Below are positions 52,031 through 64,000 of a DNA stretch of 64,000 bases, piece after piece (within the stretch, counting starts at the first letter, position 1; every line of letters starts with the position of its first letter). A program made the position numbers and the translations under genes. The notes beneath the pieces are model-generated. The model was not told the DNA's origin, searched no databases, and saw only the letters and a list, made by a program, of their open reading frames with translations. Where the stretch lies: positions 21,826,001 through 21,890,000 of the forward strand of contig NC_087436.1 in the NCBI RefSeq assembly GCF_036321535.1, in the 5' to 3' direction. Source of the DNA: Camelus dromedarius. Lineage: Eukaryota.

Positions 52031-52769
52031 GGCTTTCTTCACGATTACTCTTATTGCAAATCACCAGTTTCTTTATTTCTTTTTAAATAAAATATTTGCA
52101 ACTAGCATGAGCCTTATAACAGGAAATACAGAACGCTCTGTTAATGCTCAGACGGTTCTTTTTGCTTTGTTTTTTTTTTTTTTTGAATTGTTCCTTGTAT
52201 TTAAAAATTCTGGATTTGGATTTGATATTTTTATTGTAGCAGGTGGGGAGGGAGGAGGTGATACACTGCAGTGCAAACTCTTGAGTGTGATCACTAACCC
52301 CAGGTGCTGCTTTTGGTTTAAAAAGTTTAAGATACCAGACTGAGGGAGGAAGAAGAGGGAGGCAGAGATAGGGTGAATGGGCCCTAGAAGTGACTTTTGT
52401 GCATTCCTCTCCCTTGGAGATATGATTTATGCATTCTTTTTAAAGCTTTGGTATTTCTGATTTAAGTTATCTATTAATTACCATCCCTGTTACCAATAGA
52501 TTTCCTCATGTTATATCTTTTGACATATTACTCTCATTTGGTATCCCTTGTGTAAATGAGGAAATTAAAGACATATCTGGAAAAACAATTGGTCATAAGG
52601 TACAAAGTCATACACCAAGTCTTGCCATTGTATAATGTCAAGGTAAAAGACAACTTTTCATTTAAAAAAACTTCATTTTGAGTATAAAGACAACTTATCT
52701 TTGAGCTTATTAGACGGCATTTTCAAAGACTAACCACTTTTATTTCTGCTGTATACTATTAAAATGTAG

Positions 52770-52882
52770 TTCCAACAGGTCAGGGGTTTTTATCTGCTTT
52801 GCTCACTGGTATATTCCCGGCACCAAGTAAGTGCCTGGTGCATATTAGAAGCTCAATAAATATTTGCTGAACAAACGAATTA
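52770..52882. mobile_element. L2 3' end
   Basis: TGCTCACTGGTATATTCCCGGCACC..GTGCCTGGTGCATA..GCTCAATAAATATTTGCTGAA. Confidence 0.75.
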
Positions 52883-53309
52883 GCCCCAGCTAGATATTGA
52901 GTGGAAATGTAGCTATGTTACATGTCAACTGTTGAGAGATCACAAATGATATCCAGGCAGAAGAAAAAAAAAATTAGAGCTCCCACACTACAACTTAGCG
53001 ACTTAGTGGATTTAAAACATCTGTGAAAGGGCACAAGCAGGGATTCAAACTCTTAAATGTAACCTGGGCACACACAATATGTAATTTTGCATACAGCATC
53101 TTGACTTACTTGAGTCACTAGGTGAGTGGCAGGTACAGTGGTAAACACAGGTTGGAGGTGTGAGGGTTGAGTGTAGTTACCATAAGCTTCATTTCTGTGA
53201 CATGGCATTGGATATGTCATGTTTGTATTTCTTCTGTTTTCATGCCAGCTTTACAGGAAGATCTTCATTGAAACAGGCATGTGTTTGAGTCAGACAATAG
53301 TTGGTAATA

Positions 53310-53690
53310 ATAGTAATATTTATTGAATGTTTCCAATATGCCATCTCTGTTCTAAGCACTCTATACTATTGCATTTAACACTGACAAAGCCTCTGTGAAT
53401 TAATTGTTCTGATCATTCCACCTTATTGATGAGGAAATAGGACTCAGAGTTGTTTATATTATTATATTATTACATGTTTATATTATTATTTTTATTGTAG
53501 GACTTTTAAACTTATAATATAGCAGCAATAGAAACATAGTAGAAAGGCAGTGAGGTATGGTGGAAAAAGTAAATGGTTGGTAGAAAACCTTGATTCAGTT
53601 AATTAATCTTAGTCACCTCACAACCCACAGAGGTCTTATCTGTTAAACTGGAGTAGGTTTTCAAAATCCTCTGCAGTTTTTTCAAGTTGC
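53310..53690. mobile_element. MIR SINE remnants
   Basis: ATTTATTGAATG...GATGAGGAAATAGGACTCAGAG; second copy at about 53550-53690. Confidence 0.6.
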
Positions 53691-54054
53691 TATAATTCTT
53701 GCTTTGATTTCTTTGAGTGAGTCCACCTGCTGTTTCTGTCCAGTGGAAGCTCTTCCTCGTCTCCCTTTTCTCCTTTTTTTTTTTTTTCTTCCTTTTGTTT
53801 GGCCTCTGATTGATTCTGCTGCACCAGGGGTCAGATGGGATTTGGAGCTGAACTGAGAGCCAAAATAACATGGCTAACACTTCCTAAGGGAAACCATATT
53901 CCACAGTAAGTTTCTCTTCTGATCCTTATCAGAGTTGAAAGTTATTTCAGCCAAATAAAGGATTAACAAGGCTTTAGTTGGATAGCCAGAGACTGTCAGT
54001 GCTAGCGTACTGTCATTTAGGGAAACTGTTGTGACTTGCACGGAATCAGCATCT

Positions 54055-54420
54055 CCATTCATTCATTCATTCATCCTTCCATCCATCCAGCTACATAACA
54101 TTGAGTGAAGTCTGCCTATCAGGAGCCAGTGCCATAGTGGGTCACAATGAGTGTCACTTTCCATGCATCTAGGGAGCTATGGAACTGAAGGCAGGAGACC
54201 ACTGTGTAAACAAACAAAATATTTAAAGTTGTAGTAAGTGCTATGTAAGAAGATGTGCTGGGTACTGTGAGGGTAGGAGAAAGCTTCCTAAATTCTGACA
54301 AAGAGTCAGGGAAGCCGTTACTGGGGAGAGGGTATCTGAATTGAATCCTGACAATTTTGAAAAGTACTTTGTTGATAAATTGGTGATTTTCTGTCTGCAG
54401 TGACAGCGCAGCAGAAAGTG
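54055..54420. mobile_element. L2 remnant with (TTCA)n/(TCCA)n tail
   Basis: CATTCATTCATTCATTCATCC followed by ATTGAG..CCTAT..CAGTGCC..GGAGCT. Confidence 0.6.
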
Positions 54421-55076
54421 ACAGGAGAACATGGTATCTCGGGGGAGACTCGTTCTCTAAGCTTCATGTAACTTTCTCCAGCCCAGGTAGGGCTGAGCGT
54501 TACTGTAGAAACAGCATTTAATGTCAGGAGGGTCTGCTCACAATGTCCACGTGACAGGTAGGAAATAACTGCACAGGGTTTTGAAGGAGGAGAGGCCATG
54601 CTAGGCTGTGGCAGTGTGGGAGGGCTGGAACAGAGTGGAATTTGAACCGATCCGGAAGCAGACACAAGGCTAGCACAGATTCTGGGTCAGGAAACACAGA
54701 GAGTAAGAAGACTGAAGAACATTCCGGGTTGGGGAATACACATAAGTAGGAAGAAACCAACTTCCCAGATGAAGTTGGGCAACCTTGCAAAGACTGGCTT
54801 TGCTAGAGTAGAAAGGTTAGCTATGAACAGCTGGCTGTAGTGTTGGAAATAGATGAGTTCAGATTGTGTAATATCTTAAATGTCATATTAAGGCATTTGG
54901 CATGAATGAAAGCCCTGGTCCAAGAGTTAAATGGTCTAGGTTAGAATTCTAGCTATGGTACTTTTTCAGGTGCATGATCTCAATCGTGTCTCCTAATCTC
55001 TCTGAACTTTTCACCTGTAAGATGAGGATGATACCAGTTTCCTTATCAGCATTTTTAAAGTAATCAACGAAAAGAG

Positions 55077-55102
55077 TGTGTGTGTGTATATATATATATA
55101 TA
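55077..55102. repeat. (TG)n(TA)n microsatellite
   Basis: Direct reading. Confidence 0.9.
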
Positions 55103-56334
55103 AAAAAAGTATTTTGCAAATTGTAGAATTCTATGCAAATAAATAGACATGCCTCACTAGGAAGTTATATGTGGAGAGACGCGAGATGGTTGGAGAATGC
55201 AAATTGTCAGTGGAATTCAAGATGGATTTGATGAGGAGATTAAAGTCAAGGCAACAGGTGGCAATGGCACTGGTCCAGTATGAGGGCCAATATTCAGAAA
55301 TCTTATGTGGTCATTCTTAAGCTAAACTTAGTCAACCTGTGATTTAGCACAAGGAGTCTATAATGGTGTGCTAAATCCTCCCGTCCACCCCCTGTACCAA
55401 CACACATCTTTTACACCAGACTATTATGGGTCAAGCCAAAGGTAATAGATGGAGGTTTTTGGAAAATGGATCTTGAAAGTGAGAAGGTGACAGATATTTT
55501 TTCCAACACAGTAAGGTTTAGCTGGTGGAGATAACCCTTCTCTATTCAGGTGTATGATTGATTTTTAGAATTTTCAGGCCAGAACTGTGATAGCTTGCCT
55601 CAGGAACAGAATTCTCCGCTTCCTACTCTATTATCTTAAGGAGTAAAGACTTGCTGCCTGCTTTTGCCAGAGGCAAGCCATAAATGGATGTGGGGCCTTG
55701 GGCATGGAAGGGAGGAAAGGGTTTGTGAAAAGAACAAAGGAACTGGGTAGCACAGGATTCAAGCTAGAAGGTGCCAGAGGAATGCTTTCTGTCAAGGAGA
55801 ATGGAGGCTGGCCAGGTGTGTGTCCCGAGGGCCCAGACCATGCTGCACTTCTCAGAAGGACTTGCCGGATAGACCGAAGAAGCCACTTCTGAATCCCCAT
55901 CCCCCGAGGGCTCTCAGTGGGTTGCACATAACACTTCACTCTGACAATGAATTATTCTTAAGGCGGACACATGTGCGCTTGGCCGGCAGGCCCATGGGGC
56001 CCTCGCCCCACTTCTAGTCACTAGCACATACATATGCAGTTCTCGCCTGTGGAAAGCGAGCGGATACAGAGAGCAGTAAAAGGGGGTGAATGAACCAGCT
56101 GACAGAAGAATGTTTTTGTTTTATTTTATTTTGTTTGGCTTTACCAACCCTTTTTTCTGTGATAAAGAGCTTGGCAGTGGGGTTGCTATTTCTATTTCCC
56201 TTCCTCCTGCAGGAACTGAGAGTTTCTGGGTAATGATTGCAGTAACTAGAGACAGCTGTGGGGGAAGGAGGGCTGCGTCTTGTGTGACCCGCCCAAACCG
56301 ACCAATCCGCCCTGTCTGCCATGGTAATTCTTTA

Positions 56335-56560
56335 AAATACATATAAGCATATATGTGTGTATACATATTACATATAATAGATGCATATATAATATAAATA
56401 TAGAACATATTATATAACTATATATTATGTGATCTAATATATAATAACTATATAATGTATAATATACAATATAATAATATATTATGCCATACATAATATT
56501 ATATACTAGATATATAATACATAATTATATTAAGTGAATGTGTATATATACACATATATT
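56335..56560. repeat. TA-rich low-complexity tract
   Basis: Degenerate (TA/TATAA)n. Confidence 0.85.
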
Positions 56561-59432
56561 TACATTTACTGAGTATCTGTTTAACGCTCGCCAGTCATTC
56601 ACTGAAAACTGACTAAGTGCCAACCGTGAGACTCGCAAACGTGGAAGGTGAGTGAATATTATCCCCTCCCGTTGTTTAATAGAGAAGAGAGGTTCGGGCA
56701 CAGGGAGTGTAAGCATCTGGTCGAAGGTCAGAAAGTTCACAAGAGGCGGAGTTGGAACATTCTCACCTGGATAAAAAATTCCATACTTAAAAAAATCCTC
56801 AAATTACTAAATCCTTGCTTATTTATCTGTCCTACAAGGAGCAGAGAGAGTCCTTCTCTGTAAATAATAATCACATACAGATTTCTCACTGACTCATGCT
56901 TTTGCCAGAATATAGTGTTGTGGTTGTGAGAAGCGATGTTGTATTTTGATAACTTTCCATCAGCTCCTGAATGTTGCTAAGAGGTTTAGCGCCATTGCTA
57001 CGCCAGCATCAGCATAACTTCTCACTTATTCCTGGAGGAACCCTCAGGAGGGGAGATGCCCCAGAGCTTGTCTGCACAGGTGTACTTTGCTCTCAGGCCT
57101 GCCCGGGAGCCACATATGCACCAGTGCCCAGCACCTCTCAGGAGACTTGACATTGCATCATTTCCCTACAACTCCACCTGCTGAGCAGCATTTCATAGTT
57201 TTATGTGCCAGTTGCATAGAGCTTTTTAGATCTAATTGAATTCAACAACAGGGCAGTATGACAGGCCATCTTCAAAGACAGGAAGGGCTTTGGAAAGAGA
57301 AGGTAAAATTAATGGGACCTACTACTGACCACCCAAGAAAATGAAATCTTCAGTGTTGATGGCTATGAAGCAGTAATATGTAGCTGAAGAATGTAGGAAA
57401 TAGCTAGATATTTCTCAGTTTATTTTAACAGTCCTGATATAAACCAGAAAAGCAACTTACACTCATTCAGTGTAATTCAATTCAATTGAATTATTCAATT
57501 CAGTTAAATACTGAATGCTTTCTCTATATCAGGCACTATTAAGCACATATTTATCAACATTAAAAGTACCACTTGGCTGAAATACAGGTTTATGTTTTCT
57601 TTAGCTAATTGGTATTCTCTTTACTTTTGGCATAATCTGGTTTGAAGTAACTTTTTGCCATTCCTTTGCCAAAACCCTCAAAGTACCCCTTTATTTAATT
57701 CCGTGACTATTATCTTACTTTTACAGTTGTTGAGCTAATACTTTGAATCCCTAGAAAGGTGTGAAACAACATTTCTTTGATTTTTTTTTATTACAAGGAG
57801 ATAATTATGCTAAATATGCAAGAATTTATAAAGACTGAGCACATTTGATGAGAATGGAGTGTTATTATTAAATAAAACTCACAACAAAGGTGTTTATGGC
57901 TATGTATAATCATTATTGGCCTACTGTTAATCGGTATATGTGAATAACGGTGAGCTATTTTATTTTACATAACCAAATCAAACAGTGCTCAGGTTAACCA
58001 GGTTGTAAAGGTGTAGGGTCAAAATAAAAATCAGAAACAGGAAGAGAGAAAAAATGAGGAAGATGGGAGCAGGGTGGATTGAAGCTTTTCTGAATGCAAA
58101 ATAGGTTTCCAACTGGCTGTGTCAAGGGCCCCGCCATCTCCTCCCCTTCCCCTTCTACCCAGCCTTTCAGTCTTCCATTTCTGGGAGACAGCAAAGGACT
58201 GAGTGAGGACTCCCAGAAATCTTTGGGTGGGTGGGAAAGGGCTGGTGAAAAGAAAAAAAAATTTAATGGGACCCATGTTAAAAATAGGAGGGTAATTACA
58301 AGGTGCGACTTTAGAATAAGAGAGATCTGATGAGGGATTTTTGGTTGTCATAGGTTGAAGAGAAATGTCTTCCTTCAAGGGTGGTTGTGCATGTGATGAG
58401 ATGTAGGAAAGAGAAATGAAGCCTGGAAGGAAAAGAGAATGAAGTACAGTTCATTAACAGTTAGGTTGCCTGTGCTGCGTGTACGCTACAGGTGGTGAAA
58501 TCTATGATTAAGGGTTCATTAGAGGTCTTTAAAAGCATTTATTTATATGCAGGAATGTTGAAACAACATATATATTGTTTGAAAATTGCTAATACCCTTC
58601 TTCTTCTTTTAAATGGAGTTTAAAATGGCTTATTCCTAGAGCATCTTCTGGGTTCCCTACCAAGTTTAAAATCAACTTAGATCCTGTCTGCCTTCATGTG
58701 ACTTACAGTCAGTTGCAGGGCACTGAGTCTTCCCCCAACTCAAATCAGCTCTAAATTACTTTCGCCAAACTTTCAATTTGTATTTTATCCCTCTTCCTTC
58801 CACTTAGAGTACTTTTAGAAATGTTACCTCTATTACTTCCTAATTAAAAACACGATTTGCAGTAAAATGTTATTTATTTAATTTTCATAATGCATTGAAG
58901 ATTTTCAGTGGAGAAAGGAACAAGTGTAATAAGGGCTCTGAGTTAATTTTCAGATGAGTATTCAGGGATTAAAAAAAGAGAGAGGGAGAGAAAAGTCCGG
59001 GGCTCCTGGGATGTGGCTGTTTAGTAAGACAACATATTATTAATGTCATTGAAAATTGGTTCATTATTTGGTACGAAATGAAATACATAAAGAAGACATT
59101 TGGTTTCTTTCTGTTCTTACACAGACACCAAAAAAAAAATGATGTGATTTCTTTAGTATACAGTATAGTTCTCCATAGGGAGTTACAAATTTATTTTTTC
59201 TTAGTTTTGTTCCCTACATTTTCCTACTTTTTTTTTTTTTTTTGGATAAGAGGATCTAATTGACTCTTATACCTAGCTACTCACTCAAAATAATAAATCG
59301 TATTTTGGAGGAGTGGGAAGAAAAATAACATTGATTTTATTTTCTTACCTAGATATTTTCTATATACAGAATGTTTTTGTATGAAAAGTGGTATTTTTAT
59401 ATATATATATATATGTATATATATGAAGTTCT

Positions 59433-59461
59433 CTGATGAAGAAAACAGTGATTAGATCCAC

Positions 59462-59497
<36 letters not shown>

Positions 59498-59613
59498 TAT
59501 GTATTTATTTATTTGATATTTTGAGCTGATTTTAGTTGGGGGAAGACTCAATATCCTGTAGTTGACTATATCTATTATACATATATAGTGGATCTAATCA
59601 CTGTATTCATCAG
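59433..59613. repeat. Long inverted repeat enclosing a (TA)n tract
   Basis: ACAGTGATTAGATCCACTATATAT (59445-59468) and ATATATAGTGGATCTAATCACTGT (59581-59604), plus outer CTGATGAA/TTCATCAG. Confidence 0.9.
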
Positions 59614-59794
59614 TGATGGAATGAAAGCGTCTTTCATCTTTTATGTCGACCTATGTTTTATATGAAAACTTTTCAGGAAAAAAAACATACTCCGTGAACT
59701 ACAGAATACCAGAATGTGAATGTAGGTGTTAGTGCTAACTTTGAAATTAATCTTAGAATATAGTCATCAGTTTTTAAGGGTTATCTGTATTTTA

Positions 59795-60238
59795 TTTTAT
59801 ATTTTATTTTATTTTATTTTATTTTATTTTATATTTTTATTGAAGTTTAGTCAGTTTACAATGCTGTGTCAATTTCTGGTGTACAGCATAATGTTTCAGT
59901 CATACACGAACATACATATATTCATTTTCGTATTCTTTTTCACCATAAGTTACCTCAGGATATCAGATATAGTTCTCTGCACTCTAGAGCATGAACTTGT
60001 TTATCTATTCTATATGTATCGGTTAGTATCTGTAAATCTCTAACTCTCAATTTATCCCCACCCACCTCCTTCCTCCGCTGGTAACCACAAGTTTGTTCTC
60101 TACGTCTGAGTCTGTTTCAGCTTTGCAAATAAGTTTGTCTTTTTTTGTTTTTTTTAGATTCCACACATAAGTGGTATCATATGGTATTTTTCTTTCTCTT
60201 TCTGGCTTATTTCACTGAGAATGACAACCTCCAGGTCC
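59795..60238 (-). mobile_element. Young L1 3'UTR with (TAAAA)n tail and near-perfect TSD
   Basis: Homologous to 37285-37690; ATCTGTATTTTA at 59783-59794 versus ATCTATATTTTA at 60239-60250. Confidence 0.88.
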
Positions 60239-60279
60239 ATCTATATTTTAGAGAAATTTTTTTGACTCTGTCCAGAACT

Positions 60280-60460
60280 GGGTAGTGGTAAGAGGCGAGA
60301 TCCTCTGCTAGCCTGAGTTTCAATCCCGGCTCTTTTGTTCAGTTTCTTCCACCTGTAAGATAGGTGTGATAACAGTGCTCACTTTGTAAGGCTGTTACGC
60401 AAATTGAGTGATTTCATATTTATAAAGTACTTAGAATACATTTGGCACTCAGCACTATAT
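60280..60460. mobile_element. MIR SINE
   Basis: CCTGAGTTTCAATCCCGGCTC..CAGTTTCTTCCACCTGTAAGAT...AAAGTACTTAGAA. Confidence 0.7.
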
Positions 60461-63400
60461 GGTTGGTAATAAACAAAAGCAAGTAAATCACTCTGATGGG
60501 TTGGAAATATATTAAAGCACACATAAGAATATGTATGAAGTAATAAAAACCCATTATTATTTGCAGTGGTATTTTTGCATGTTCATTTGCTGTTTATTTT
60601 TGTGTATCTTTCCTTAATTAGGTGATCTTTTGTGGTTCTTAAATGTTATTGTCCTAGAAACTTGTTTCTACTTTTTCCTTTTTGAGTTTGCTACATATTA
60701 TAAAACCTGAATATGGCAGATGGTTTACAGTGCCACATAAGAGGGACTTTTTTCCAATTATGTTTTCATCAGGCAAGCGGTCCTGCTGTGATGGGAATAA
60801 ATGGTTATGGCGTTGCTATGAAATTGATATTGTCTGCTCCACAAGGCTGTAGAATTGAACAAACACTGGCCAGAATTATTCTTCACCTTTTCCAAATGTA
60901 AGGTCAAAATGGAAATAAACAGAGGAAGACTATGTACTTTTTTCCCTTTCCTTCTGGCCATCCAGTGGCCACCTCGAATTTGTAAAACAGAGAGACAGAA
61001 TGTGTGTGTGTGCTCAGTCCCATGTAATGCAAAAATATTCTCTCTTATTCGTGCTCATATGCAGTCTAAAAAATATTGGTGGTATATTTAAATAATTTAT
61101 TAAGTTACTACCTCATTCATGTAAAGAATTTTAGGTAAATATTACAACCATATAGTTTATTTTTAAGTTCTAGTTTCAGCAGAATGGTTAGATTTGTAAA
61201 GGTCAAGACTACTGACCTATAAATATTAATAATCCTTTTGCAATTACCATAATAATTTGTTCCATATGCCTATAAACTGTTTCTCAGAGTTACTGGATTA
61301 TCACCTACTGAGAAGTTCAAAAATATCTATTTGATATTTTTTCCAACTGAGAAGCAATTCTGCTTCAATCCTGAGTAGCACTGAATTATATATTGAGATA
61401 TATCTTATCAAGTAATATCTCCAGTAGCTGTTAAGTGTATCTATGATAATCGAACAAGATTGTTAATGTATTCCTTCTGCTCTTAATATATCAGGGATGG
61501 GAAAAAGACTTGATTTCTGAGAATTGTCACTTTTGAGTATCTTTGGAAAAAATCCATTAAGTGCCCAATTTTCATGAAATTCTTTGGGATGCTTAGGAAT
61601 TTACATGATATTAAAGGAGAGAGAGAGAGGAAATAATGATAATAGCAGTGAAGTCCAATGTCCAAGTCCTTTATTTTTTCCTTTAGTTACTGCCTAAACA
61701 TTTCTAAAACCCATTTTTATATGAGGGAAAACAGAGTTCCCGTAAGCAAGCCAGTTTCTGGGTGATTCAGGCGTTCAGGTACTGCTCTTGCAGGCTTTGG
61801 ACCTGGGTGAGTCACTAGGAGTGATGAAGGTTCAGATGGTGCACCCAGAATAAGGCTGGGCTGGGAACCAACTCAAAAATGAAACATGCAACTTGAAAAA
61901 AACAACTTCCTTGGTAAGATCAGACTGCTCTTTCTCCCCGTAATTTATAATTCTGCTGAACAGCAGAAAGACAAAAAGAAAAGGAAAAGGGAAAAAAATA
62001 ATTAAAACCAATCTAAAGTCAGAGACAGTGAATGTAGAGTAGGAAGCTTCGGCCCTAAGCTTACAGTCTCTCTCATTTTAGCTCCGGAACTATAATCCTT
62101 TAATTGAAGCTTTGCTCTGTTCCTGAGCGTTCAGCTGTTACTAACAAATTTCATGGAGTGTCTATTTTGGAAACATGGCTGTTTTAGGCAAGCCGTGTCT
62201 TTAGTAAATTGGTGTTTTAATTGCAAGAAGGTAGACTATGATATGAGAGTACCCAGATTCAAAATGTTTTTTTATCCCTTTTCAAGTGCATAAATAAATA
62301 AACAGCAATAATGAAAAAGCATACGCTTTTTTAGCGTATGTAATGAACTGTGGTTAGAGAAGGATTGAAGAATGTGATTACTCTGGCTGTGGCAATTTAA
62401 GAGAAGAATTGTGTTTGTATAGAGAATATGCCTCTTTTATGTGTACTTTTCCCAATGTGTATGGATTTATTTCATTGTTATTACAGGTATCAGAAACACA
62501 AAGAAAATTTTAATGAGAAGAAACTTACTTATTTCAGCAATATAGTCATTCAAACTTTTACAATACTAGCTAAAATGAAAGACTTCTCTTGTTCATGCCA
62601 TCCTTTCTGCAGTGCAGTCTGCTTCTTTGTCTCATCATCTCCCTGTAACAGAAGGGTGACGGGGAGACTCTGGGCTCAATGACCACCCCCCTCACCAGGA
62701 GAGAACTGCTGGGACCGTTGTAGTTAGTGATCAGCAATTTCCACCTGGGTTCCCATTTCCCACCAAGGCTAAGTGATGCCCTAGAACCCAACGAGTTGAA
62801 CAGGGCGGGGGGGGGGGGGTCTTCTGTCCACACTCAGAGCTGTTCTCGGTTATGTTGCTATATATGGATTCAAATATACTCAGGAAATGAGACTCTTCTT
62901 CAATGTAGACATTCAGGATGCAACACTTCTGCCAACTAACATAGAGCATCGAGCCCTAAAACTCTAGGTCCTGTCTGCTCTTAAAACAAGTTGAGAGACC
63001 TGGTAATAATTAAGTTACTTATACCGGAATCTTTTCATCTTTTCCATCGAACCTATGTATAAATATTTGAATGTGCAGGACCAGATACCTGATCTGTAAA
63101 ATTATAGCACTTGAGTGGGTGATCTTTGAGGTTGACTAGAATCTGATAGTCAATCAAGTGACAGAAGAGGCTCTGAACATGGTCCTTACTTCAGTGTAAA
63201 GCCCAGTGGGGCTCACAGACAAAAAGGGAACTTACCTTATTCACTTACAGTTTTTAATGAGTTGCTTATAAGTTTGTGCATAGTCTGACTGTTTTTGCAC
63301 TTAGAGACCGACAGTTGCTGATGTCTGCAGTTTTTTTTGAATCCTGTAGAGAAATCTTGATATACACAGAACTTCACATAGGCCACAGAAACTTCTAAAC

Positions 63401-63539
63401 TTGTAGGAACGGGGTTTAAATACTGTTTCTGCCGTTCACTGGCATCATAGCACTGCACAAAGTACATGTACTCTTCAAACTCAGTTTCTTAATGGGAAAT
63501 ACACTCATGCCTACGTGCTGTATCTCTTTTCGACTGCAG

Positions 63540-64000
63540 ACTGACCTTCCCTGCTACCTGCTGGATATTCTTTTTAGGATATCATGATGGTGCCTCAAAT
63601 ATCTGTCCAAAACAGAACTCCCTTTCCTCTCCTTCCATGTACCCACCTTCTGCCTAGATACCCAGGGGCTCAATCTGGTAATAGGGATCTCCTCCTCCCT
63701 CCTTCTCCGGACCTTTCATATTCAGTGAATGGAAAATTAATTTTGATTTTCTTCACATTATGTCTTGGCTTACTCTCCTCTTCTCCATTTCTAATGCCAT
63801 TACCCTCTTTGAGATTATGATGACTATGTGCCTGAAATATCAGAACAGCTCCCTACAGGTTTTCATACCTTCCCCAGCTTTCATTTCCATCCCCTTTGTT
63901 TTGTATCTTACCATGTGCTGCCAGTTTAATCTCATTGAGACATAGCTGTCGTCCTGTCACTTTCTTCTTAAAAGCCTTCCAGTGGATCTCCGTGCACTGA
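63540..64000. mobile_element. L2 remnant
   Basis: CTCAAATATCTGTCCAAAACAGAACTC...CTTAAAAGCCTTCCAGTGG. Confidence 0.65.

Noticed and set aside
62320..62340. Small hairpin ATACGCT-TTTTT-AGCGTAT
   Set aside because: A 7-bp stem is within chance expectation
1..64000. tRNA, rRNA, snRNA genes, processed pseudogenes, prokaryote-type systems
   Set aside because: None recognised; the only B-box-like motif belongs to a truncated SINE

Overview
Mammalian, AT-rich, repeat-dense non-coding DNA (intron or intergenic). A tRNA-derived SINE of the camelid type and young artiodactyl-type L1 3' ends suggest a camelid genome; this is from pattern recall, not a database search. I found no credible protein-coding gene. 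Every ORF I could interpret is a decayed L1/LTR fragment or a chance frame. The window holds nested L1s, an ERVL (LTR16/ERV3-16A3-like) remnant, MaLR (MLT1) LTRs, MIR/L2 relics and hAT DNA-transposon fossils, with several repeat-free blocks that may be enhancers. The best observation is a 415-bp betaretrovirus-like solo LTR (37776-38190) with a perfect 6-bp target-site duplication (TSD), inserted into an L1. It carries a half copy of the MPMV-type constitutive transport element (CTE, an NXF1/TAP-binding loop). Also notable: an unclassified 572-bp GC-rich TG..CA element with 8-10 bp direct repeats, a poly(A)-only retro-insertion, 3'-truncated L1s with TSDs, three strong inverted repeats and a compact CCAAT/YY1/ETS promoter-like module. 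I see no evidence of a wholly new multi-gene system. Repeat subfamily names and most boundaries are approximate by-eye calls.
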